A DNA stretch of 64,000 bases from Zygnema circumcarinatum SAG 698-1b (GCA_037447605.1 CM074816.1:2322525-2386524); one strand, 5' to 3'; counted from the stretch's first letter, positions 47,601 through 62,217 are shown. A program made the numbers and translations. The notes: generated by a model not told the origin, from the letters alone.

Positions 47601-48594
47601 ATTCTACTGATTAGATAAGAGCCCTCCTTTGCACAAAATCGTGAAGGATAGCATAGCTGTGTGCCCAAATAATTTCAAATTTTAACGTCCATTTGCTTAA
47701 TAGCACTGCTTCTTTGCACGCTGCATACCCAATTGCCAAAGATCCGTAATCTCGCATGCTTCAATCCAACGCTCACAACAAAAAAACAAATTTACGTAAA
47801 GAATCTGATCAATTCTAGGAGTAACGCGAAGTATCCGTACCCACTAAACCTTTTCATCTTTAATCATTCGTAGTCCGAGGCGCAGTGTTACATCATGAAA
47901 CGACGTTAATAGTAGCGAAGTATGAGTGTCGAATACTCGTGCAGGTCTGCATTCAGAGGGGAGCCCTTGTCTATCCGGGGCCATGCACGAAGCCGTACGA
48001 TGTGCAGCCCGAGGAGTCGTGCTTCTCCATCATAAGGAACGAACTCGCTGGAGACATCAAAAAGTTCTACACGCTCAATCCCGGGGTGTACTGCGGCAAG
48101 CTGCTGCTCTCCACGAGCAGCAGCGCTTCGATTGGGCAGCATGTAAGAAAGGGTCAAAGAAAGCGCAATAAAATATTAGAGGGTTATGCACGTGTCAATT
48201 TTGTTACAAATATAGTTTGAATTTCTTTTCGAGTTGGTTTTAAATCATTTATTTGACTTCGTCGGAGTGAATGAAGATATGGTTAGCTTATGTGGTCGAA
48301 TTGGGCATGTGGCGGTCTCGCCAATTGCAGAATTAACTCATTTTTTTTGTCTTAACGTCAGAACTATGTCCGGCCTGCATCCTGCAGGTGTGTCTGGAAG
48401 CTGCGAATCTTGGCGCCAGTGCGACCTGCAGTGGCAAGACGTACACGTTGAAGACAGGAGATAAATGCGCCAGTCTTAAGAAATGCTTCAACAAGAAGGA
48501 GAGTTTTAAAAAACTCAATGGTTTCGCATGCACTGCGACAGCCATGAAAAAAATGAAGACGATTTGTGTTCCTACGACAAGCGCATGCGCTTAA
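32602..48594 (+). CDS. Secreted multidomain cysteine protease, copy 2: SP - 2x NIDO - Pro-rich - LRRNT/LRRs - EGF - C1A - 2x EGF - 4x LysM (about 1506 aa)
   Basis: GT-AG exons: 32602-32867, 33166-33212, 33705-33879, 34437-34552, 35704-35835, 36151-36358, 36654-36700, 37175-37349, 37955-38070, 38718-38849, 39401-39766, 40131-40260, 40939-41022, 41714-41785, 41994-42065, 42270-42341, 42775-42846, 43055-43126, 43367-43713, 44072-44260, 44559-44785, 45054-45191, 45413-45632, 46032-46214, 46505-46648, 46926-47041, 47212-47301, 47434-47541, 47945-48142, 48388-48594. Total 4521 nt, in frame; catalytic residues intact. Confidence 0.82.
32690..38849 (+). CDS. Two tandem NIDO (nidogen-like) domains, 5 exons each
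   Basis: MVPYGPASGD...AFFNSTY...VSNNGYLTF; YIAPFNYD; DTRASG.V.YR; NTFQAWLA...FLYPEGGLQY; SNVNIPGKWCF. The introns are also duplicated. Confidence 0.8.
39401..39766 (+). CDS. Extensin-like Pro-rich stalk exon (122 codons) with an internal 81-nt tandem duplication
   Basis: SPPPP/RPPP repeats. Its 3' part is homologous to 9130-9227. Confidence 0.75.
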
Positions 48595-49097
48595 ACTAGA
48601 GGCTGCATTAGGAACCCTCGTCTTTGGGAAGCACCTACGGAAAGATAACAAGAGGGTGCTTTATGACTGCTGGGGTATCAAACTCCTCATTTTTACGGAG
48701 GCATCGTGCATGACCGGTTCATGACTTTTTGGTTGAAGATGACTGGACTGCGCATTGTGATTGTAACGTGCACACGCTGCACGTGGATGCAATTCACGCT
48801 TAATTAGGGCTTGTCAGACTTAGCCCGGAGCGTACTAAATTTCCGAATTTAGTATACTAAAGGGTACTTATTTCGATTGAGAAATTCGGGTTGGGAACTG
48901 CGACTCCGCCGAACCTATCCATACCGTTCCCTGATTTGCAGGATTACTAAAGGAAAATTCTATATCACACCTTTTTTGTCTACACACAGACCTTTTTTCA
49001 CCGGGCAGATTTCAAAATAGTAATAAAAGGATTGAAGCAGGAAATGCTCTTTTCACACTTTTTTGGAATCGACACACACCCGTTTTCCGTCGGGCAG

Positions 49098-50255
49098 AGT
49101 TTTTTTACAATCCGCGCGGAGTGGAAGATCCGTTCGCCACGAGATCAATCGCGGGTGTGCGTACTTCACACGTGCGTTTAATATCAGCCATCGATTCTCT
49201 CGCAGATCGCACCACGGCAGATCACCGTTCGATCTGCAGCTGGTCTCGGTCCCAGCAAATGGCACGCCCCACGTGTCACACAAGCCGGCTTCGAGAACAG
49301 TAACAATAAACAATAACAGTGAGCGAATGATTTTTGATTGAACTCACGATGGCAAGGCCATCAAATGTGCATGGATAAAATCGACATAGGGAACCAAAAG
49401 AAGCGGTCACAATGGACATAAGGACAAAGAGAAAGCCTCGAAACGGAAATCAACTTCTAGGCCAATAACAGGTTTAATAACAGTAACAGTTACAGCTTCT
49501 CTAAGAATCTAATCAGAATTTGCCATGTTATAAAGAATAATACGTGGCAGGTGCTGATTAGTCGAGGCTCATAATGTACGGTATTTCGCCTTTCCTCGAA
49601 GCTGTTAAAGTAACATTTGTACAACATTTGTACAACAACAACAACAACATTTGTAAGGACCTTTGAGCTGGNNNNNNNNNNCCAGCTCAAAGGTCCTTAC
49701 AAATGTTGTTGTTGTTGTTGTACAAATGTTGTACAAATGTTACTTTAACAGCTTCGAGGAAAGGCGAAATACCGTACATTATGAGCCTCGACTAATCAGC
49801 ACCTGCCACGTATTATTCTTTATAACATGGCAAATTCTGATTAGATTCTTAGAGAAGCTGTAACTGTTACTGTTATTAAACCTGTTATTGGCCTAGAAGT
49901 TGATTTCCGTTTCGAGGCTTTCTCTTTGTCCTTATGTCCATTGTGACCGCTTCTTTTGGTTCCCTATGTCGATTTTATCCATGCACATTTGATGGCCTTG
50001 CCATCGTGAGTTCAATCAAAAATCATTCGCTCACTGTTATTGTTTATTGTTACTGTTCTCGAAGCCGGCTTGTGTGACACGTGGGGCGTGCCATTTGCTG
50101 GGACCGAGACCAGCTGCAGATCGAACGGTGATCTGCCGTGGTGCGATCTGCGAGAGAATCGACGGCTGATGTTAAACGCACGTGTGAAGTACGCACACCA
50201 GCGATCGATCTCGTGGCGAACGGATCTTCCGCTCCGCGCGGATTGTAAAAAAACT
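49098..50255. repeat. 574-bp-arm inverted repeat centred on an N gap
   Basis: Arms 49098-49671 and 49682-50255; a few substitutions in the outer part only. Confidence 0.85.
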
Positions 50256-50361
50256 ACAGGCTGCGGATCAAGATCCTCGTGCGTTGCCTTTTTACAGAAA
50301 TGTCTTCGAACCTTAATTATGTGAAGTGAACTGAAACGGAAACTGATCGAACACATAAGCT

Positions 50362-50695
50362 GAATGGGTACGCGATATACCCCATTTTCTGCGCATTCGA
50401 TCCAACGAAACGTACAACCAATCAGGTCACGCGACGTGGCAACGTCAGACTTGCGGCAACTATACCCCATTTTATTTAAATTCATCTTTGACAACCTAAT
50501 CGAATCCGTAGGTCATATAAAACATTCAAATCGAACGCTGTCGTACGTAGAAAACGACACTTGGCAATGACTGAATGGTTACGCGATATACCCCATTTTC
50601 TGCGCATTCGATCCAACGAAAAGCACAACAAATCCGGACGCGCGACGTTGCAACGTCAGACTCGTGGCAACTATACCCCATTTTCATTAAATTAT
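50362..50695. repeat. About 210-bp tandem unit, also present at 54765-55125
   Basis: tacgcgatataccccattttctgcgcattcgatccaacgaaa...cgacgtggcaacgtcagact repeated at both sites. Confidence 0.75.
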
Positions 50696-52329
50696 TTTTT
50701 TAGCCTGGTATGTTGGAGCTATGATTAATTTGACCAACACCATAACCGTTTCGGGCGTTGTCAACCGAACCATTCCAAATCTTGCGTGTCCCGTGTTTGA
50801 AAAAACAAGTTGTTACGGTTTACCAACCCACCCCGGTACAAACATGCCATTTCGGGCATTGTCAACCGACAATCACAATCCCCCGATTACGAAAACCGTA
50901 CAAAAAAGGGCCACATCCTCGTCCAAAAGACGATTGTCCGAATAGAGCCGTTTCGTGCCGGTACGGTGACGTCGACGACGTTCCGACGTTGACGTTCGAC
51001 GACCGACCTACAGATTGACTGCCGTACAGATTCTCTGCCCGTCAGGTCCCTTCGCCATTTTCCGGCTGCTACATGAGTGGTCCACGTGGCGCCACTTGAT
51101 TCGTAGCCGACATTCTGAAGCGACTCCACTGACGCTTCGTTCCGCCGCTTCGTGCACCACCGTTGATCTCCATCCGTCGCGCCACATGTCGCGCGCTCCA
51201 CGCTCCGCACTCGCGCCGTGACCAATCAGCGCTCCGCTGGCCGTACACCAGCGCGCCGTTCCGTACAACTACATTTCTGCCCAATCTTCATGCGCGCGCT
51301 ACGCGCAAACCCCCGACGACTTGTACGGTCGCTAAGGCGGTCCTCCATGCAATATGGACGCTATAAGCACACCACTTAGAACTCAGCCGGGCGCCGTCCG
51401 GGCGTCGCATTTGCGCGTCGTATGCGCGTGTCGCATGAACGACGTCGCCGGTGTCGCACGCGCGCGTCGCCGGCCACGTGGCGAACCGCCACGGGCTAGC
51501 AAGAGCCACGCGGCGTCTCGCCACTGGCCAGCCCTGCTTCACGGTTATTGTTCCGCCTTTTGGCGGCGCCGCGCGCGCGGGTCGGCCGCGCGTCGCATCT
51601 GCGCGTCGTATGCGCGTGTCGCATGAACGACGTCGCCGCTGTCGCACGCGCGCGTCGCGCGGGCGCGAATAAAAATTGACGGAAAAGGAAAGTTACGTAC
51701 TCCTCTATAGCAGGGTCGCGATGTCACCGGAGTACTCGTTCTAGTGTCAAACATACTGACGTTTGTTACGTTTGGTTTGGGTGGTATCAAACCGAACAAA
51801 AATTGACGGAAAAGGAAAGTTACGAAAGTCAACAGGCCAACCAATCTGCCGCGCGTCGCATCTGCGCGTCGTATGCGCGTGTCGCATGAACGATGTCGCC
51901 GGTGTCGCACGCGCGCGTCGCGAATTCTGCACCGTCCGATCAGCCATTATTCATTAATGATGATGTCAGCCATCCCCTCTGCGAGACACCGCGTAGTCGT
52001 GACGCCGCGTGGAGCCGCGCGCCACGCGTGNNNNNNNNNNAATAGAGCCAAATAGAGCCGTTTCGTGCCTGTACGGGGACGTCGACGACGTTTCGATGAC
52101 GAAACTCTTACGGAACAACCGCGATATCATCTTCCCCTGTTCTTCACCTCCTCCCGACTTCCATTTCTTACACTCGCCTGTCTAGCTGAAGAGTTGCTGG
52201 TGGTGCTTGCTGCCGTTTTGTTCCGAAATCTACCGTAACCAACACTTATGTCGCTGCGGTTTCTCTGCCGTTCTGCTGCTGCAGCTACTGCTGCATTTCT
52301 TCCTACCAGAGAAACCGAAATGACCGACA

Positions 52330-54420
<2,091 letters not shown>

Positions 54421-55339
54421 CACATGTTGTAATATTTAGATTGATTATGTTTTTTTTTTTTAAACCACACACAAACTGCGCCGACAGAATGAGGCCTCAT
54501 TCTGTCTTTGCAGTTTGTGTGTGGTTTTTTTTTGGTTTTTTTCCCATTTTAGGGCTACGTGGCAACACCTGACTGGATAACAGACATCCAAAAACACACT
54601 ACAGCACCAACGTGGCAATTTCTGACTGGATAAGAATTATAACTAATTCCGTTCGTGCTAACCAATAGGAATGCACCACGTGGCCACTTTAAACACGCTA
54701 CGCAAATACCCTATTTACAACAATACGTCCCGTAAAACATCCAAACCACAAACTGTCGTACATAGAAAACGACACGTGGCAATGACAGAATGGGTACGCG
54801 ATATACCACATTTTCTACGCATTTGATCCGACGAAACGCACAACCAATCATGACGCGCGACGTGGCAACGTCAGACTCGCGGAAACTATACCCCATTTTC
54901 ATTAAATTCATCATTCACAACCTAACCGAATCCGTACACCACATAAAACATCAAAATCGAACGCCGTCGTACGTAGAAAACGACACGTGGCAATGACACA
55001 ATAAGTACGCAATATACCCCATTTTCTGCGCATTCGATCCAACGAAAAGCACAACCAATCAGGACGCGCGACGTGGCAACGTCAGACTCGCGGCAACTAT
55101 ACCCCATTTTCATTAAATTTATCTTTCACAACATAATCGAATCCGTCGTACGGATCAAAACGACCGCAAAGCTTTTGCCTACGGCAACGCAAAAACTCTG
55201 CCCGACGGAAAACGGGTGTGTGTCGATTCCAAAAAAGTGTGAAAAGAGCATTTCCTGCTTTAATCCTTCTTTTACTATTTTAAAATCTGCCCGATGGAAA
55301 AAGGTCTGTGTGTAGACAAAAAAGGTGTGAGAATAGAAT

Positions 55340-56392
55340 TTGGAAAATGATACAGCGGCCCCACTTTTTGGATATCGGCGCCCCCTTTTGGGAAAAAATG
55401 TACTTTTTTTTTTTTGGCTAATCACCCCCCCCCCTTGGATCTTTCGGGAGGAGAGATCTTGTAGACAATCGGACCCCGCGCCTCGCGCGCAGGATCCGAC
55501 CGTGCACCGACGTACGGCGCCGCGCATCGCGGCACGGCCCGCGAGATGCGGCGAGCCTACGGAAACGTTGTCCTCACCTGACCCGTTTGGGTCGAGGTTG
55601 CCACGTGGCAGTCTGCCATTGGACAGCCCTGCTGCCGGTCCCCCATGCCGATACAGTGGACCCCCATAATATTTTCCACCCTGTACAGTGCGTCCCCAAG
55701 AAATTCGCCCCGATTTTGCCGAAACCATCTTTTTGTACGGTAGCTCAATGTTAACGTATTAGGGGTGTTAACCTAACCTGACCTATTCTCCAATACAAAA
55801 TCTGTTCATCGAAACGGGTTTCAAACATGGGTCACGCTTTTCCCCTGTACGGTAAGTACGAATAAAATCTCTAAGTCGTACGGTATATGTACGGCACCAA
55901 TAGGAGCTCGTGTATCTAAATCACGGTACGATACGATACGATACGATACGTACGAACAGACATGAACTCTAACATAATACCGCTCGCCTATTGGTAACAC
56001 GGACCTTATATTTGCAAATTGCAATATTTTCGCCCAGTATTTGCCGAAACCATGGCGAAAATATTATGGGGGTCCACTGTATCGGCATGGGGGACCGGCA
56101 GCAGGGCTGTCCAATGGCAGACTGCCACGTGGCAACCTCTGACCCAAACGGGTCAGGTGAGGACAACTTTTCCGTAGGCTCGCCGCATCTCGCGGGCCGC
56201 GCCGCGATGCGCGGCGCCGTACGTCGGTCCACAGTCGGATCCTGCGCGCGAGGCGCGGGGTCCGATTGTCTACAAGATCTCTCCTCCCGAAAGATCCAAG
56301 GGGGGGGGGTGATTAGCCAAAAAAAAAAGTACAGTTTTTTCCCAAAAGGGGGCGCCGATATCCAAAGAGTGGGGCCGCTGTATCATTTTCCT
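55340..56392. repeat. Near-perfect hairpin element (about 310-bp arms) with a MITE at its axis
   Basis: TA-CAGCGGCCCCAC...GTGGGGCCGCTG-TA ends; the arms are reverse complements. Confidence 0.85.
55654..56079. mobile_element. Tc1/mariner-like MITE, 426 bp
   Basis: TIR CAGTGGACCCCCATAATATTTT, TA TSD; interior is the reverse-complement homolog of 30820-31601. Confidence 0.8.
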
Positions 56393-56418
56393 AGAATTTT
56401 CCTTAATTTATTTGGGGA

Positions 56419-57349
56419 AGGTGCTATTTACACTCACTTTTTTTCTGAAAACGCTCACTTTTTTCGCCGGGCAGCTTTTACACACGATTAATAGCGAGAA
56501 ATGCTGTTTCATACTATTCAGAATAGATACAGACCTTTTTTCGTCGGGTGTACGGATGGTGATTTGAATGTACGCGCGTGATTTGAAGCGCGCGCGTCTA
56601 CAAGGTATAAGGGCGCAACACGTGGAGCGACATGATTGGTCACAGCAACATATGACGTGACAAGTATGTTTGGGTCCGTGACGTGACGAAACGAGACGCG
56701 AAAAAAGTGGAATCCGCGGACGGCAGTTGGAAATTGCGGGAAAAAAACTGACAGACTTTAAAAACCCATTTTAGGGTTTTTGAGTGCCTATAAGGAGACT
56801 TTTTGATTAACAGAAAATCCCCAGCCACACCATGGCTGGGGTACGCTTCAAGAAAATTCTGTCATTTCATATGTCCAACATCCTGTTCACTTCATTCAGA
56901 AATCAGCTCCACCATTTCCTCGATGGCACTGCGGCCCTTTAACTCTTCCGAACAACTCTTTGAACTGTACAAAGGAGGTGCGGCAGACGCACTCAAAAAC
57001 CCTAAAATTTGGTTTTTGAAGTCTGTCAGTTTTAATTCCCGCCATTTCCGACTGCCGTCCGCGGACCTCCACTTTTTTCGCGTCTCGTTTCGTCACGTCA
57101 CGGTCCCAAACATACTTGTCACGTCATATGTTGCTGCGACCAATCATGTCGCTCCACGTGTTGCGCCCTTATACCTTGTAGTCGCGCGCGCTTCGTACAT
57201 TCAAATCACCATCCGTACACCCGACGAAAAAAGGTCTGTATCTATTCTGAATAGTATGAAACAGCATTTCTTGCTAAAAAATCCCTTTGTACAAGCTGCC
57301 CGGCGAAAAAGTAACTGTTTTCAGAAAAAGGACACTGTAAATAGTACTT
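56419..57349. repeat. Inverted repeat with about 360-bp arms and an about 200-bp spacer (foldback/MULE-like)
   Basis: 56420-56790 is the reverse complement of 56990-57349. Confidence 0.8.
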
Positions 57350-57371
57350 TCCTGCCCGAATTCCTTATACT

Positions 57372-57506
57372 AGGGGGTGTCAGACTTAAAAAATTCTCGT
57401 AAGTTTGAGACCAGAACGAGTACTTCGGTGACATCGCAATCCTGGTGCGGCGGAGTACTTACAAAACTTTTTTGTTCGTAAGATTTTGTTAAGTCTGACA
57501 CGCCCT
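57372..57506. mobile_element. PIF/Harbinger-like MITE, 135 bp
   Basis: TIR AGGG(G/C)GTGTCAGACTT, TSD ACT. Related ends occur at 48806 and 57640-57668. Confidence 0.75.
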
Positions 57507-58530
57507 ACTGTACTAAAAAGTCAAAGTTTCGTGTACGAATTCCGGGTCGGGATCCGCGGCTCCGCCGTACACATCCGTACCGAAATGAGTACAGTACCTA
57601 GCCAATGCTTAATTCGCCCGACAGGCTTACGAAATTAATTTGGCGATGGTCACGGTCTGATTCCCCCTAACTGGGTGAATTGGAAGAAAATGAATTGAAG
57701 AAACTGTACGAATCAATAGAGGGCCGAATGTGAATGGATTTGCTTTAAAAATGCACACTGAACAAGAGGGAAAATGGCACATTTCTTTGAAGAGCTTGGA
57801 CATGCCCGCCCTGAGATTGTGACCTCCGTGTGCCTCCTTCTACCCTCGTACGGACGGCCCTGCCGGTAATAGCACACCTCTCATAGGCGGCAAACTGTTC
57901 GCTGTCAGAACCGCGTCGTGGCGTACGGAGGGCAAATGTAGGGAGAACTCCGTACTGGAGGAACAGAACGGCGAACTGGCCGTTACACGGCGCACTGCGC
58001 GCATGTGCTGTGCTCGGAGATAACATTTTTCGTTAGTTTTCTAAGGGCAGAGACCGCTAACGCGGAGTGGAGAGGTGCGAAGCCTTCAGAAGGCGCCAAA
58101 GGATGGAAGGAAGTACTTCGGCTTTCGCTGAAACTACCTATTTCGCGGAGAGACGTGTACTCAGTTCAAATTCCAAATGTGCAGGACTTTTCTATGTCTG
58201 GAACCCTCTAGTGTGTGTAAACGGTTCCATGTTGTACAGTTTTACTGGAAACTCCTCCCACGTGTGCCCCACTGAACATGCAAACCCACACTTTGATAGA
58301 AATTGATCTTTTTTTGGACGACTTCCGAAAGCATGGTCGGCTCCCCAACCTTCCGTAAGCAAAACCTTCCATCTTGCTTTTTAAGGGAAACGGAATTAAC
58401 AAAAGGGGCAATGAAAAGAGAGTTGGGAAGGAGCACAAAAGGGGGAGCGGCGAGTGAGAGAGAATTGGCTTTGAGCAAAAAGCAAAAGAAAACTGACGAT
58501 GCACAAACTTGGAAGATGGAGTGAAAAAAA

Positions 58531-61500
58531 TCAGATCCCGGATCCCGCGTCAAATTCATCGTGTGCTTTTCTCCGCACGGCATCTTCCCACTGAACGCAA
58601 AAATCCTTTGTAGCATCTGCAAGCAGAATTTATATAATGATTCATAAGTTTAAGAATTTACCCAAAACATGCAGAAAGAAACGCACAAAAACTTTCATTT
58701 CTTAATTTAACTCGACTTCTTTTTATTAGTGAAATCTGAACGCATAATGTAACGAAGAGTAACTGCTGGAATGGAGACCTATAACAGCATTGGCAAAATA
58801 TGGAATGAGATAGCTCGAATTCATACCATGCTTCATTGTGAGAGCGGGAGTGGGCTCCTCCAACATGCCCACCACCTTTGCAGGAGTTCCAGCAACCATG
58901 CTGAAAACGTACAGAAAACTTCCTTATCAGCTCCCCTTTCTCTTTCAGTAATTGAAATAGTAGAAGTACATTTTTTTTTTTCACTAACCATCACAATTCC
59001 TTCTTTAAAGCTGCTCTAAACACCTGCAAATCGATAGAATTCTCTGCATTCGCACTAAACCCACAACCTTAAACCTTATTTTACTATCATACCTGTGCGG
59101 CGGCACGTTCTTGAGCACAAGGGAGCCCGCCGCCACCATCGCCCCCCTCCCCACAACAATGTTTCCGAGCACTGTGGCCCCCGCCCCTATCAGAACTCCT
59201 TCGTGAATTTTAGGGTGCCGGTCTCCGGCTTCCTTTCCCGTTCCTCCCAGAGTCACTCCCTACATCCTCCCGCAAGCATACTGTTGAATAGAGTACAAAA
59301 TTAACATCAGCTACAAATGAATTTGAGATGGAGGTGATTGGGTTGGTTTATCCTTTTAACGGTAGCTGAATTGGTACTACATCTTCGGACACAGGACAGG
59401 CGCTTCGATTGGAATAGAAAAAGGGATTAGGGACTTGATTTTGATATGCAGAAGATGGATTACTTTTTTGTGTATGTTTAATGCATAGAAGAAATTGGAA
59501 AGACCTAACGTCGATGATATTCTGCAAACCTTTCAGAACCTTTCATCGTTAGATTCTATCTCTTGTGTAAATTGGTGCAGACGCTGGACCTCAAAGATTC
59601 TGAATCGTTCATTGATGATAAGACAAATTTTGCTCGTCAGGAAATTTGCAGGAAAGAAGCAGGAGCAGGAGGACTTTTAGAAGTAGAACTTCGTCAATAC
59701 TTGCAACATGGAAACTCGATCCCGAACCACCGCTGTTTCTCCAATCACTACGCCCGTTCCATGGTCCATTAAAATTCCGTATCCGATCCTTGCAGCTGAA
59801 AAGCCCAACTGAAACAGTTCAGCTATATCAACATGGAACGTGCAATTAGAATGGAGGACTACCAGTCAGCCAAGGCTCAAATATGATCCGGAAGGTGAAA
59901 TTCTATGAGAGTCCAAAGAAATGAAACTGCGAAATATAAAGAGCTAAATGCGGTTCCATGCAGCTGTTCTCACCTGGATGAATATCCACCGCAAATACCT
60001 GCATAACCCCTGGCCTAACTGTTACATGCGAATGATTTCATAACGGAACTGAAAGAAGGAAGTTGATATTCCTTTATCCGCATGCTTTTTTTTTCAGACT
60101 CAACAAGGAAATGTCACGATCCTGATTTCCATTCTGAAGAGAATGAAAAAATGTTGTTTACCTCACTAATACGACTTTGAAGAGCAAGAGCCAAAACCTT
60201 CTGCCCTCTTTTCCAGAGCGCATGCGCGATGCGATATGACTGCAGCGCATGGTAGCCCTGCACGCATCATGATGCGATGTGATGTGATTCTTTAGCCGTT
60301 TAAGGGATACGCCCAAACAGACTGTCATCAAACGGATAGTGATATTATTATTATTATGATTAGTGATATTAGATTGAGGGGGGAAAGAACTATAGGAGAG
60401 GAGATAGAGAGGGAGAGAAAGCAAGCGGAAGTGAATGGAGGGACGAACAGAGAGAAGGGAAGGATAGAGAGCGAGAAGGGAGGGAGGACAGAAACAGACA
60501 TGGGTTTCAGGGTATTTAGACGGAGAAAGCAGTCACCTTATAATAGAGAAGCGCAGAGCTGTATGAGCGGCAAGACGGATCTCGATCCTTAACAGCCTGC
60601 AGAATGACAATGCATGTGGTTGGATCAGCTAATGAATCCCTACATGCGTTACAATCATCAAATTACCCTTTCCTTTTCCTCAGCTTCAAAAGACTACGCA
60701 AACCAATGACGAAAAGGTTTCCAAGTGCTCCTACAATTCCTCCATGTTCAGAACTTTCCCACTATTTCATGAGATTCAGGAGTTTTTAAGGTTTGTAGTT
60801 TGAAATATTCACACCTGCACATCCGCCCTTATTGCATGCCGAATGGATTCTTGAGTGAGCACGTCATCGAACACATCAAGAAGTTGTGTTGCCAAAAGTG
60901 TCGCATTCTTTAATCGATTTGCGAGAACGAATCCGAGGGAGCGTTCAAAGCATGAGTGCGCCAAAATGCTCGCATAAAGGAAGCTGCTAAGAAGCGGTTC
61001 CCGTTCCGCCTTCACACTCACCGAACATTTAAGTTTGAAACAAAAACGGTCAGCTTACAAGTAAAGCACATTCAAACATGCATGGAGCTTGAGATTGAGC
61101 ACACATGAGCTTGTCCTTGTGCGGAAAAATTTAACTCTAAATCTCAAAGACTCTTCAAACCATATAAAGCGTGTATCCCAAAGAAGAAACAGAAAACAAG
61201 GATTCCCGAAGGAGAACAAAAACCAAGGAAGGGAGCGACATGGTACAAATAAATTGCTACAACAAATTGATATTTATTGCTTATGTGGACCTACCTCCAG
61301 CCTCGCTTCCGCCCTAATAGCCGCCCAGACGGGGTCATCATCGATGAGCTTCGGAAGGCTTGTGCCAGCTGTCACAGGAGGCTGCGCTGCGGAGCTTGCA
61401 GGCGTGACAAGTGTCACATCCTCATCCATAGCTTTCTTAGCAGCCTTCACCGCTGCATTGACTTCTCCATTTGGGTGGTCGGCTGGGGGGGATGTGGATG

Positions 61501-62170
61501 GCCCCATAGAAAATTTTGGATTAGAGCGAGAATTAGGGTTGGCATTGCTGTCGGTGGGGGGCTCCTTCATTGCGTGTTCTGAAGCCATGGATTCCCCGCG
61601 GAAGGCGTTGTTGGATTTGTTGTCCTCCTTGCTCTGCATGTACGCAGGGAACGCGTTTCGCCACTGCGGCTCGTTGGCGTCGACGGAAGGTTCGTGCTGG
61701 GAGGGGCCCTTCTTAGTGTTGGAAGAAGCTGGTTGAGAGGGGGAGGGAGTGGAGGGAGAGGGAGAGGGGGAGGCGGAAGGCGAAGGAGAAGAGGTAGAGG
61801 AGGAGCAGGAGGGAGGAGGAGAGGAAAACGAGGGAGAGGAGGAGGAGGAGGAGGAGGGGGGGGAGGAGGAAGGGAGAGAAGCGCCAAGCGCTTCGAAGAT
61901 GCTTTCCGCAGAAACCTTGCCTGCTGCATCATGCGATGATGATGATGAGGATGATGCAGAAATAGTATCCCTTATTTTTCTAAACTGAAATCCACTGCGT
62001 CGAATATGATCATGACCTGCATCCCTCCATGCAGCCAGTGGGCTGCCGCTGCTGCACTCGTGCCCGCGCTCAACCCTAGCCGGCGCACTCTGCTCCCTGG
62101 CAACGCATTTGCAGCCCCTCTGGACTGCGAGGGAGATAGCTTCCCCCCTGAACAAGCATGGCGCAGCCAT
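58531..62170 (-). CDS. SERAT: Serine O-acetyltransferase (plant SERAT / CysE family), about 557 aa with a long Ser/Pro-rich N-terminal extension
   Basis: Exons 62170-61295, 61009-60815, 60596-60537, 60257-60162, 59998-59974, 59795-59701, 59259-59093, 58900-58827, 58616-58531. Motifs: DPVWAAIRAEA, EPLLSSFLYASIL, KDRDPSC, GYHALQSYR, VDIHPAARIG, DHGTGVVIGET, TLGGTGKEAGDRHPK, VAGTPAK. The start codon is uncertain. Confidence 0.92.
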
Positions 62171-62217
62171 GGCCGACCTGTAGCACTATCCTCAAACCTG
62201 CTGCTATTTATGGTTGG

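Noticed and set aside
55126-57402. 160-200 aa ORFs in the hairpin cluster
   Set aside because: They are mirrored in both arms, have no transposase or other motifs, and are likely chance ORFs in GC-rich repeats.
57700-58530. Short ORFs downstream of SERAT
   Set aside because: They have no motifs or consistent splice structure and are probably 3' UTR or intergenic.
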